From the NCBI GenBank assembly GCA_903927955.1, contig CAIYOW010000101.1:17937-81936 (forward strand): a DNA stretch of 64,000 nucleotides. Reading direction: 5' to 3'. Numbering within the stretch: position 1 is the first letter of the stretch; each line of letters begins with the position of its first letter. The DNA is from an uncultured Methylococcaceae bacterium (GTDB lineage Bacteria; Pseudomonadota; Gammaproteobacteria; Methylococcales; Methylomonadaceae). The translations under genes were made by a program, and so were the position numbers. Shown piece after piece: positions 9,639 to 18,953 of the stretch. The notes below the pieces were generated by a model. It saw only the letters and a program-made list of their open reading frames with translations, searched no databases and was not told the origin of the DNA.

Positions 9639-11903
9639 GTGAAAAAGCGTTTGAAAAATGCACTTGATTCTACGTCTGCCCCATCAGAAATTGCAACTGA
9701 AATAAATCTGCCGGAAGCAAGCATTGCTGATGCAGAAGGGTCGCAGCCAACTCCTGAAACCATACCGCTTGATGATGGCCTACAGCTTGTCATGGCAGCC
9801 CAACATCATGATCCGTTTGCGATTCTTGGTCTGCATGACAATGAGATATTGGTTTATTTGCCTTATGCGGAAACGGTCTCTTTGCTGGACACCCAAACAC
9901 CTTTTGAACGCATTGAAGGCACTGATTTCTTTATTTGCCGCGACACCAGCGGGTTGCCGCCACACTATCAATTGGCATGGACGGACAAGGCCGGTACTGT
10001 ACACCAAAACTACGACCCCTATAATTTTGGCCTGCAGTTGCCCGATTTTGACCTGCACCTGTTTGGTGAAGGAAAACATTGGCACATCTATCAAAAGCTT
10101 GGCGCACATCTACAAACAGTTGACGACATTGACGGCGTGCTGTTTGCCGTGTGGGCGCCCAACGCAGCCCGGGTCAGCGTGGTAGGTGATTTCAACCACT
10201 GGGATGGTCGTTGCAATCCCATGCGTAGCTTAGGCGCGGGCGGCGTGTGGGAGCTGTTTGTGCCGGGACTGGATGCCGGTTGCCTGTACAAATTTGAAAT
10301 ACTCAACCGCCACAACCATCAGCTATTATTAAAAACTGACCCTTATGGGCAGCAATTCGAGCTACGGCCCAACACATCATCAATAGTCACCGGCAATGGC
10401 AATTATGCCTGGGGCGATCAGGACTGGATGACCCAACGGGCTTCTTTTGACTGGTTGCATCAACCCATGTCAATTTATGAAGTGCATCTTGGCTCTTGGC
10501 AGCGTGACCCGCAAGGCAACTTCTTAGGCTACCGGGACTTGGCTGTTACCTTGGTGGATTATGTCAAGGAATTAGGCTTTACCCATATTGAATTACTGCC
10601 TATATCGGAACATCCGCTGGATGCCTCCTGGGGCTACCAATCCACCGGCTACTTTGCCCCCACCAGCCGACACGGCTCGCCTGATGACTTCCGCTATTTC
10701 ATCGACACCTGCCACCAGAACAACATCGGGGTTATTTTGGATTGGGTGCCCGCGCATTTCCCAAAAGATGCTTTTGCCTTGGCCCGTTTTGACGGCAGCG
10801 CCCTGTACGAGCATGAAGACCCGCGCAAAGGCGAACACCGTGACTGGGGTACGCTGATTTACAACTATGGCCGCAACGAAGTTAAAAACTTCTTGCTGGC
10901 CAGTGCTGTTTTCTGGCTGGAAGAGTTCCATCTGGATGGTTTGCGTGTCGATGCCGTTGCCTCCATGCTCTATTTAGATTATTCGCGCAAACACAATGAC
11001 TGGATACCAAACCACTACGGTGGTCGTGAAAACCTCGAAGCCATTGATTTTTTACGCCAGCTTAATGAAGTGACCCACGACCTGCACCCAGGCACTGTGA
11101 TCATGGCGGAGGAATCCACCGCCTGGCCTCAAGTGACAAGGCCGACTTGGGCGGGCGGACTAGGTTTCTCCATGAAATGGAACATGGGCTGGATGCACGA
11201 CACCTTGGCTTATATGAGCCATAACCCCGTGTACCGTACACATCATCATAACCAACTGACTTTTGGCTTGCTGTACGCCTTTACTGAAAATTTCGCCCTA
11301 CCCTTCTCCCATGACGAAGTAGTACATGGCAAAGGTTCACTGGTCAACAAAATGCCCGGTGACGAATGGCAGCGTTTTGCCAACCTGCGCTTGTTGTACA
11401 CTTTTATGTATACCTATCCCGGCAAAAAATTGCTGTTTATGGGCTGTGAATTTGGTCAAGGCACAGAATGGGATTTTAGCCGGATGCTGGATTGGTATGT
11501 GCTGGAATACCCGCACCATAAGGGTATGCAAGCGTTAATCAAAGACTTGAACTACCTTTACAAAACCCAACCGGCCTTGTTCAGCCATGATTTCGATGCC
11601 AAAGGCTTCGAATGGCTCGATTGTCATGATATGGAACAATCGGTCATCTGCTACCGGCGCAAAAGTGAATTTGAAGAGGTCATCGTGATACTCAATTTCA
11701 CACCTGTGCCTAGACCGCACTACCGTGTCGGCGTACCGATGGCGGGTACTTACAATGTTATTTTCAACTCGGACTCGCATTTTTACGATGGCAGCAACAC
11801 TGGCAATAACGTTGTAACATCCCAACCCACTTATTGGATGAACCAACCCCATTCCATTGATGTCACCTTGCCGCCACTGGGGGGCATAATCCTTAAGCTT
11901 TAA
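9639..11903 (+). CDS. glgB: 1,4-alpha-glucan branching enzyme (GH13_9)
   Basis: [72 protein letters not shown]. Confidence 0.98.
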   Translation: MKKRLKNALDSTSAPSEIATEINLPEASIADAEGSQPTPETIPLDDGLQLVMAAQHHDPFAILGLHDNEILVYLPYAETVSLLDTQTPFERIEGTDFFICRDTSGLPPHYQLAWTDKAGTVHQNYDPYNFGLQLPDFDLHLFGEGKHWHIYQKLGAHLQTVDDIDGVLFAVWAPNAARVSVVGDFNHWDGRCNPMRSLGAGGVWELFVPGLDAGCLYKFEILNRHNHQLLLKTDPYGQQFELRPNTSSIVTGNGNYAWGDQDWMTQRASFDWLHQPMSIYEVHLGSWQRDPQGNFLGYRDLAVTLVDYVKELGFTHIELLPISEHPLDASWGYQSTGYFAPTSRHGSPDDFRYFIDTCHQNNIGVILDWVPAHFPKDAFALARFDGSALYEHEDPRKGEHRDWGTLIYNYGRNEVKNFLLASAVFWLEEFHLDGLRVDAVASMLYLDYSRKHNDWIPNHYGGRENLEAIDFLRQLNEVTHDLHPGTVIMAEESTAWPQVTRPTWAGGLGFSMKWNMGWMHDTLAYMSHNPVYRTHHHNQLTFGLLYAFTENFALPFSHDEVVHGKGSLVNKMPGDEWQRFANLRLLYTFMYTYPGKKLLFMGCEFGQGTEWDFSRMLDWYVLEYPHHKGMQALIKDLNYLYKTQPALFSHDFDAKGFEWLDCHDMEQSVICYRRKSEFEEVIVILNFTPVPRPHYRVGVPMAGTYNVIFNSDSHFYDGSNTGNNVVTSQPTYWMNQPHSIDVTLPPLGGIILKL

Positions 11904-11917
11904 GATTGATAACCCTC

Positions 11918-13369
11918 ATGAAAATACTTTTTGTTGCCAGTGAAGCCCACCCGCTGATAAAAACCGGCGGGCTGGCCGATGTGGCCGGCAGCTTGTCCAG
12001 TGCTTTGGCTGGGCAGGGTCAGGATGTGCGGCTGCTAATCCCCAATTATCAAGCGATTGGCCCGCGCACTGACACACGCTATTTAGGTTCGCTACGTATT
12101 GACGACCGCAATATCAACTTGTTGGAAACGCGTATTGCCGACACGGGCGTGACTGTTTGGCTGATTGATTATCCGGCTTATTATAATTATCCGGGTAATC
12201 CCTACTTGGACGCGTCGGGGGAACCTTGGGCCAATAGTGCCGAGCGCTTTGCGCTATTCTGTAAAGTAGCGGTGGCAGTGGCTATGAACCGCATCGGGCA
12301 AAACTGGCAAGCGGATATTGTCCATTGCAATGATTGGCAAAGTGGTTTGGTGCCGGCCTTGTTGTCTTTGGAACAGGGGCTGCGGCCCGCCACCGTGTTT
12401 ACCATCCATAATTTGGCCTATCAGGGGGTGTTTCCCGCCGAAACAGTTGCCAGCCTCGGCTTGCCCGTTGAATTATGGCATCCCGAAGGACTGGAGTTCC
12501 ACGACCAGCTGTCTTTTATGAAAGGGGGCTTGGTATATGCCGATGCCATCACTACCGTTAGCCCGACTTATGCCAAAGAAATACAAACCGAAGCGTTTGG
12601 CAGCGGACTTGAAGGGCTATTAAGCCACCGGCAAGCCGATTTGGTGGGTATTTTAAATGGTATTGACGAAGGGCAATGGAATCCGCACACTGACCCACAT
12701 ATTGCCCAAACGTTTGATGCTAGCACATTAGCTCTTAAAAAAGCCAATAAAGCGGCCTTACAACAGCAGTTTGGCTTGCCGATTGACGACACCCTGCCGG
12801 TGTTTGCCCTGATTAGCCGCTTGGTGGAACAAAAAGGCATTGATTTGGTGATTGCCTGTTTGCCGGACATGATGGCCTTGCCGATGCAGTTTGTGTTGCT
12901 TGGTGATGGTAACAAAGCGTTTGCTAGCCAGTTGCAAGGCTTGGCAGCGGATTATCCGCAACGGATTGCCGTGCGTATTGGTTATAACGAGAAACTGGCT
13001 CATCAGATTGAGGCGGGGGCGGATGTGTTTTTAATGCCCTCGCGGTTTGAACCCTGCGGGCTTAACCAAATGTACAGCCAACGTTATGGCACGCTGCCAC
13101 TGGTGCGCGACACCGGCGGCCTGGCCGATACTGTGGTGGATGCCCTGCCCCATACTATCGCCGACCAAACCGCCACCGGTTTTGTGTTTAGCGAAGCTAA
13201 TCCAGGGCCGCTGTTGGAGGCTATTAAACGGGCTTTGACTTTGTATAGTATGCCTAAGGCTTGGCAAACCATGCAGGTGCAGGCAATGGGCAAGGATTTT
13301 TCTTGGCAGCGAAGTGCGGCGGAATATTGGCAGGTTTATTGTAGAGTGGCTGGTAAGCCTGTGCCGTGA
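11918..13369 (+). CDS. glgA: Glycogen synthase (GT5)
   Basis: MKILFVASE, KTGGLAD, HCNDWQ, FTIHNLAYQG, SRLVEQKG, PSRFEPCGL, TGGLADTV. Confidence 0.98.
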   Translation: MKILFVASEAHPLIKTGGLADVAGSLSSALAGQGQDVRLLIPNYQAIGPRTDTRYLGSLRIDDRNINLLETRIADTGVTVWLIDYPAYYNYPGNPYLDASGEPWANSAERFALFCKVAVAVAMNRIGQNWQADIVHCNDWQSGLVPALLSLEQGLRPATVFTIHNLAYQGVFPAETVASLGLPVELWHPEGLEFHDQLSFMKGGLVYADAITTVSPTYAKEIQTEAFGSGLEGLLSHRQADLVGILNGIDEGQWNPHTDPHIAQTFDASTLALKKANKAALQQQFGLPIDDTLPVFALISRLVEQKGIDLVIACLPDMMALPMQFVLLGDGNKAFASQLQGLAADYPQRIAVRIGYNEKLAHQIEAGADVFLMPSRFEPCGLNQMYSQRYGTLPLVRDTGGLADTVVDALPHTIADQTATGFVFSEANPGPLLEAIKRALTLYSMPKAWQTMQVQAMGKDFSWQRSAAEYWQVYCRVAGKPVP

Positions 13370-13384
13370 TGGAGGTCAGCAAAA

Positions 13385-13520
13385 CGTCGGGTTAGCGTAG
13401 TGTAACCCGATGTACGGCACTATATAGAAAGCCATTATGGAAGCTGTTTGATCTGATGAGGAGTTTGTAACGCTTCATTTAGGTTGCGCTGTTGTGTTGG
13501 GGTTCGTCGCCTTACCCCAA
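13385..13520. repeat. Degenerate REP-doublet / MITE-like element
   Basis: Two imperfect hairpins, TCGGGTTA-gcgtagtg-TAACCCGA (13387-13410) and TTGGGG-ttcgtcgcctta-CCCCAA (13497-13520). They resemble the GTCGGGTTAGCG..CGTAACCCGAC and GTTGGGTTTCG..AACCCAAC REP types. Confidence 0.55.
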
Positions 13521-13730
13521 TTTTCATGAGTAAAATACACCAAAACTATGCTAAATGCCAATTTAATCAGAATATTAGGCATTGTTTATTGTTGATAGTT
13601 TTTTATTTTTATGTATTTGAATTTAAATCCTGAAATACGAAAAATCTATACTTGCAATACCTTCTATTTTTAGCACAAACCGCACTGATGATGTCAATAG
13701 TGAAACCACAAAGATAATCACTCATACAAA

Positions 13731-15158
13731 CTAGCGGGCACTTGGGATGCCAAATATTTCCACCTGATCCAAGTGCAAAACGCTTCTCTCTTGGAGTTCT
13801 AGCTTAACAAACCTGGCTTGTAAACGGTTTGGCTGGACAAGCAAAGGCGGCGCGCCATTTAATGGCCTGACCCCCCCGAACGGCGGGCGTTGGTTATGGT
13901 TATAGACAACCGACCAATTTTTTTGATCAACTGAAATTAATATCCTTAACGTTCTGATTCGGTTTTGACAATTATCGAGGCGGTTATACACTAAAATCCC
14001 ATCCAGATCATAATAATCACCCAGATCAACAGACCACCAAGGATTAACCTCTGTGTCTGTATGGAATCCGAATTTGCCGGTTTTAACCCCATTTACCGCA
14101 CCACCCGCACCTTCAAGTGTTGAGTAGGCGGACAATGAGCTTTGTGATGCAAGTTTACCTTTTGCTATGTTTCTTTCACTGCTTACCATTGACAGCGAGT
14201 ATGAGACCGCCTCAGCGAGCAGCCCTGAATTGGCCAGTTTCTTCGACAGGTCTTCATACTTGTTTTCAAGCCATTGCACAGTTTGCTTTAGGCCATTGAT
14301 TTCTGATTGCGCTTGATCTGCATTTTTGAGAAAAACGCCATTAAGATGCAGCGGCGGTTTTGCTACAACATTGATGAAATCCAGTTGATGAGGAAGCGCG
14401 AGGGGGATTTTTTGAGTGGTGAAACGATCTTTTCTTAAGAAAGTAATTTCCAAAAGCTTTGGCACTTGCAGATTTTCCCCAAAGACGCAGTTTCCAGCAA
14501 TGTTATTAGGATGTACATGCACCAATCCAAAAAATTCGCTCAGCTTATCCAATACCGGAACAAAAACGCCTTCAAGAAACTCGATTTTTGAAAGTAACAT
14601 GAGGTCATGGATTTCAAGAACAATAATCCTGAACCGTGACAAGGTTTCTTTGGAAGCATGGAGTAGGTTTCTATACTCGGCCCCTTCTATATCCATCTGT
14701 AAAATGAGGTCGCTATCCGAAGCAGTATTGATGCTCACCCATTTATTAATATCAAGCGTTATTTCGTTTTCTTCAATATCAAGCCATTTTTTTTCAAAAA
14801 ACTGCAAGCCATCAATCAGTGGTGTCCTAAATTTTTCAACATCCGACGAATAATCGCACATGAATGCCTTGATGCCATAAGTGTTGGACAGGTGATCTTC
14901 AAAATCTTTGAAGTTATTGGTCCCGGGAGAAAAACAGGCTTCTATGCCCAGCAGGTCATTTGGAATAAGATAGCCACCGTCACGATTTGGCCCTATCCTA
15001 ATTAAGGGTATCCCGCATTGCACCGGTGCCAATTTATTTACCACCTCTTCAATGCTCGCTAGTGAAGACAATTCGCTATCCCGGCCGAGTTTTTCATAAA
15101 GCACATCATTATTTAATAATTGCTTAGTGACACCAAATTTATTGAGAATTGCTCTCAT
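13731..15158 (-). CDS. FkbM-like methyltransferase fused via a coiled coil to a C-terminal F-type lectin (fucolectin / F5-8 type C) domain
   Basis: N-terminal RIGPNRDGGY, FSPG..FE, LQMDIEGAEY, VLEIH, HVHPNN. The C-terminal 149 aa contain H-x26-R-L-D-x4-R, WWSVDLG and LHLDQVEIFG. Confidence 0.8.
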   Translation of the reverse strand: MRAILNKFGVTKQLLNNDVLYEKLGRDSELSSLASIEEVVNKLAPVQCGIPLIRIGPNRDGGYLIPNDLLGIEACFSPGTNNFKDFEDHLSNTYGIKAFMCDYSSDVEKFRTPLIDGLQFFEKKWLDIEENEITLDINKWVSINTASDSDLILQMDIEGAEYRNLLHASKETLSRFRIIVLEIHDLMLLSKIEFLEGVFVPVLDKLSEFFGLVHVHPNNIAGNCVFGENLQVPKLLEITFLRKDRFTTQKIPLALPHQLDFINVVAKPPLHLNGVFLKNADQAQSEINGLKQTVQWLENKYEDLSKKLANSGLLAEAVSYSLSMVSSERNIAKGKLASQSSLSAYSTLEGAGGAVNGVKTGKFGFHTDTEVNPWWSVDLGDYYDLDGILVYNRLDNCQNRIRTLRILISVDQKNWSVVYNHNQRPPFGGVRPLNGAPPLLVQPNRLQARFVKLELQERSVLHLDQVEIFGIPSAR

Positions 15159-15280
15159 TTCTCACCCGAAAATAAAAAACAAACATTGTACATGAACCAA
15201 GTCCAGCAGATAAACCTATACCTTGGGCAGCCAAGAACCCCCTGTGTCAGACTAGTTGTCATCCAATAACAAAAACAGGG

Positions 15281-15424
15281 CTACCGATTGGCAGATTGCT
15301 GGGCTTTCGCCTCTGCTTTCTGTTGTTCAGAAAAATAAGTGCCTGTCAACACCACCGACAAAATAATCAGGTAAACCGCTGCCGCTACATAGCGGGCTTT
15401 TTTGCTGTTTTGGTATTCTTCCAT
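15281..15424 (-). CDS. Small single-pass membrane protein, 47 aa (not in ORF track)
   Basis: MEEYQNSKKARYVAAAVYLIILSVVLTGTYFSEQQKAEAKAQQSANR; AGAGG RBS upstream of the ATG; starts 33 bp after the uvrA stop; one hydrophobic helix after a basic patch. Confidence 0.7.
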   Translation of the reverse strand: MEEYQNSKKARYVAAAVYLIILSVVLTGTYFSEQQKAEAKAQQSANR

Positions 15425-15457
15425 TGCCTATCAACCTCTTGGTAATCATTCAAAAAA

Positions 15458-18274
15458 TTAGTCAAAAAAACGCTGCAGATAAAAACCGGTATGCGATTTT
15501 TCGCAAGCGGCTATCTGTCTAGGCGTGCCTTCAGCCAGCAACAAGCCACCACCATCCCCTCCCTCTGGCCCCATATCAATGATCCAGTCCGCCGTTTTAA
15601 TCACGTCCAAATTATGTTCAATGATGATCACAGTGTTACCTTGGTCGCGTAGTTTGTGAAGGACTTTCAACAATTGCTGTATGTCATGGAAATGCAGCCC
15701 GGTAGTGGGTTCATCCAAAATATACAAGGTTTTTCCGGTGTCTCGTTTGGACAGTTCTTTAGCCAGCTTGACCCGCTGGGCTTCGCCGCCGGAGAGGGTG
15801 GTGGCATTTTGCCCTAGTGTTACATAGCTAAGCCCCACTTGCACCAAAGTCTGTAATTTACGAAACAAGCTGGGTACGGCACTGAAAAATTCGGCGGCAT
15901 CTTCAACAGTCATGGCCAATACTTGATGAATGGTTTTGCCTTTATAACGGATTTCCAGTGTTTCTCGGTTATAACGCATACCTTGGCAATGGTCACAATT
16001 GACAAAAATATCCGGCAAAAAATGCATTTCCACTTTTATCACGCCATCACCGGCACAGGCTTCACAACGTCCGCCTTTGACATTAAAACTGAAGCGTCCT
16101 GGCGTGTAGCCACGGGAGCGAGCTTCTGGGGTGGCGGCAAACAGCTCGCGTATTGGTGTAAACAGGCCGGTATAGGTGGCGGGGTTTGAGCGTGGGGTGC
16201 GACCTATTGGGCTTTGGTCAATATCCACCACTTTGTCAAAATGGCTCAGCCCTTCGACCGATTCACACGGTGCTGGGATGACGCTGGCGCGATTGATCTG
16301 CCGTGCGGCATAGCGGTATAACGTATCGTTCACCAAGGTCGATTTGCCGGAGCCGGACACGCCAGTGACACAGGTCAGCAAACCGACCGGAAAAGCCACA
16401 TCGACCTGTTTAAGGTTATTGCCACTGGCCTTACGAATAATAATTTGTTGGTCAGGGTTCGGTGGGGTCAACGTTTCTGGCACGGCAATCGCCTGCTTGC
16501 CAGACAGGTATTGACCAGTGAGGGAAGCAGGATTATTTAAGATGTCCGCCAGGCTGCCTTGGGCGGTGATTTGCCCGCCGTGGATGCCAGCCCCCGGGCC
16601 AATATCAACGATATGGTCGGCAGCCCGAATGGCATCTTCGTCATGTTCGACCACAATCACAGTATTGCCCAAATCGCGCAAATGAAAAAGGGTATTGAGC
16701 AAGCGCTGGTTATCGCGTTGGTGCAGGCCAATAGAAGGCTCGTCCAACACATACATAACTCCCACCAAACCGGCACCAATTTGGCTTGCCAAACGGATGC
16801 GCTGTGCTTCGCCGCCCGATAAGGTATCGGCGCTGCGGTCTAGGGTCAAATAATCCAAGCCCACATTCACTAAGAATTCCAAACGCGCCTGAATTTCTTT
16901 AATGATTTTTGCCGATATTTCGCCGCGTTGACCCGTCAAATGTAACGCTTGGAAAAACCCCAAGGCTTTACGGATAGGCAAGCGGGTGATCTGTTGGATA
17001 GGTTGATCGTCAATAAATACATTTCTGGCGGCAATATTCAGTCTGGCGCCATGACAGTCGGTACAAATTTTCTGCGATAAATATTTGGCCAATTCTTCAC
17101 GCACCGTGGGTGAATCGGTTTCATGATAACGGCGATCCATATTGGCAACAATGCCTTCAAACGGATAACTTTTTTTTCTGCCTCCATCACCACCATTAAA
17201 AAAATTAAATTCAATGGACTCATCACCACTGCCGAACAAAATGATGGCTTGATGCGCTTTGGCAAGTTGATTGAACGGTGTGTCCAGATCAAAACCATAG
17301 TGCTTAGCCAGCGCGCCAATGAGTTGGTAATAATAGGCATTACGCTTGTCCCAGCCACGGATAGCGCCGCCCGCTAAACTAAGGTCAGCATTATGGATAA
17401 TCAGCTCAGGGTCAAAATGTTGGCGCACCCCCAGTCCATCACAACTGCTGCAAGCCCCCTTTGGGTTGTTGAACGAGAATATGCGCGGTTCCAACTCGCT
17501 TAGGCTATAACCGCAATGCGGGCAGGCGTAGCGTTCAGAAAACAGCAACTGGCGGTTATCTTCCAAGCATACAGCAATGGCGATGCCTTCGGCGATACGC
17601 AAGGCGGTTTCGAACGATTCCGCCAAGCGCAGAGCAAGATCAGGACGCGTTTTAAAACGGTCGACAATAGCTTCTAAGGTATGTTTCTTTTTTAAATCCA
17701 GTGCCGGGGCTTCATCCAAATCATAGATTTCTCCATCAATGCGGACGCGGATGAAGCCTTGGCTACGCAGGTTATCAAGCACTTGTACATGCTCCCCCTT
17801 GCGGGCATTGATAACCGGCGCGAGCAACATCCACCGCTGGCCTTCAGGTTGCGCCAGGACTAAATCAACCATTTGGCTTATGGTTTGTGCTTCCAGTGAG
17901 ATTTTATGTTTAGGGCAGCGTGGTGTACCGGCACGGGCATATAGCAGCCGTAAATAATCATAAATTTCGGTGATGGTGCCGACGGTCGAACGCGGATTGT
18001 GCGAAGTTGATTTTTGCTCAATGGCGATAGCTGGCGACAAGCCTTCAATGTGATCGACATCGGGCTTTTCCATCAGTGATAAAAACTGCCTGGCATAAGC
18101 AGACAACGACTCCACATAGCGGCGCTGCCCTTCCGCATAGAGCGTGTCGAAGGCCAAGGAAGACTTGCCTGAACCGGACAAGCCGGTAATGATAATTAGC
18201 TTGTCCCTCGGCAGATCGAGGTCAATGTTTTTCAGGTTATGAGTTCTGGCGCCGCGTAGGCTGATGGTGTCCAT
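15458..18274 (-). CDS. uvrA: Excinuclease ABC subunit A (start at ATG 18274)
   Basis: [22 protein letters not shown], two ABC domains with LSGGEAQR, zinc fingers, [11 protein letters not shown]. Confidence 0.99.
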   Translation of the reverse strand: MDTISLRGARTHNLKNIDLDLPRDKLIIITGLSGSGKSSLAFDTLYAEGQRRYVESLSAYARQFLSLMEKPDVDHIEGLSPAIAIEQKSTSHNPRSTVGTITEIYDYLRLLYARAGTPRCPKHKISLEAQTISQMVDLVLAQPEGQRWMLLAPVINARKGEHVQVLDNLRSQGFIRVRIDGEIYDLDEAPALDLKKKHTLEAIVDRFKTRPDLALRLAESFETALRIAEGIAIAVCLEDNRQLLFSERYACPHCGYSLSELEPRIFSFNNPKGACSSCDGLGVRQHFDPELIIHNADLSLAGGAIRGWDKRNAYYYQLIGALAKHYGFDLDTPFNQLAKAHQAIILFGSGDESIEFNFFNGGDGGRKKSYPFEGIVANMDRRYHETDSPTVREELAKYLSQKICTDCHGARLNIAARNVFIDDQPIQQITRLPIRKALGFFQALHLTGQRGEISAKIIKEIQARLEFLVNVGLDYLTLDRSADTLSGGEAQRIRLASQIGAGLVGVMYVLDEPSIGLHQRDNQRLLNTLFHLRDLGNTVIVVEHDEDAIRAADHIVDIGPGAGIHGGQITAQGSLADILNNPASLTGQYLSGKQAIAVPETLTPPNPDQQIIIRKASGNNLKQVDVAFPVGLLTCVTGVSGSGKSTLVNDTLYRYAARQINRASVIPAPCESVEGLSHFDKVVDIDQSPIGRTPRSNPATYTGLFTPIRELFAATPEARSRGYTPGRFSFNVKGGRCEACAGDGVIKVEMHFLPDIFVNCDHCQGMRYNRETLEIRYKGKTIHQVLAMTVEDAAEFFSAVPSLFRKLQTLVQVGLSYVTLGQNATTLSGGEAQRVKLAKELSKRDTGKTLYILDEPTTGLHFHDIQQLLKVLHKLRDQGNTVIIIEHNLDVIKTADWIIDMGPEGGDGGGLLLAEGTPRQIAACEKSHTGFYLQRFFD

Positions 18275-18384
18275 GATAAAAAAAACCGGTCTATGCAAAA
18301 TTATTGGTACGGAATGGCCATTTATTTACAGATGTTACGCAAAGAGCCGTTTGTTTGTAGAAGAACGGTCAATTTAAAGCCGTC

Positions 18385-18480
18385 CGTTGGCTGAACGAAG
18401 CCGAAGGGGATTACAACCAGGCACAATAATCAGGCAAGCCATCGGGCTGTAGCTGGAGCTTCGGCTACGCTCAGCCAACG
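18385..18480. repeat. Miniature inverted-repeat element (22-bp arms, 52-bp spacer) upstream of uvrA
   Basis: CGTTGGCTGAACGAAGCCGAAG (18385-18406) and CTTCGGCTACGCTCAGCCAACG (18459-18480) are reverse complements at 20/22 positions. Confidence 0.7.
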
Positions 18481-18953
18481 TGCTGCGTAACATCAGTTAT
18501 CTATTGACATTGTATTTGCTATGTTAGGGCAAGTGTTGCTACGGCAATATAACCACAATCGTCTTTAATGGCGCAACAATTTCGGAATTGCAGGGTTTAC
18601 ATTATATGCCTATTAATAGAACTGAAAGTTAATGTGTGTAATATGCTAAAATTAGCTAAAGCGTCTTGTTTAGCCAATTAACTTAGATAATAGGCGAACT
18701 AAAGTTGACGTAAAAAATACTGTTTTTTATCAAATGGCTTTTATGAGTCATTTTGTTTAACAATTTGTTTCATTTTCTGCTTACCAAGCTTTGGAACTTT
18801 CTTATGCAACCATGATCAACATATAGAGATAAACATGAGTCTGCCAATGCACCAATATGCAGCACACCAGTAAAGTGCAACAGTTACAGCTGTAGCCATG
18901 AAGGAAAAATAGCTCAGCCACTTTTTTAACCCCCATCACATAGGCTGGTAAAA

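Noticed and set aside
18275-18950. LexA (SOS) box upstream of uvrA
   Set aside because: No CTGT-N8-ACAG match; the closest, CTG-N8-CAG at about 18483-18496, has the wrong spacing. A non-enteric box cannot be excluded.
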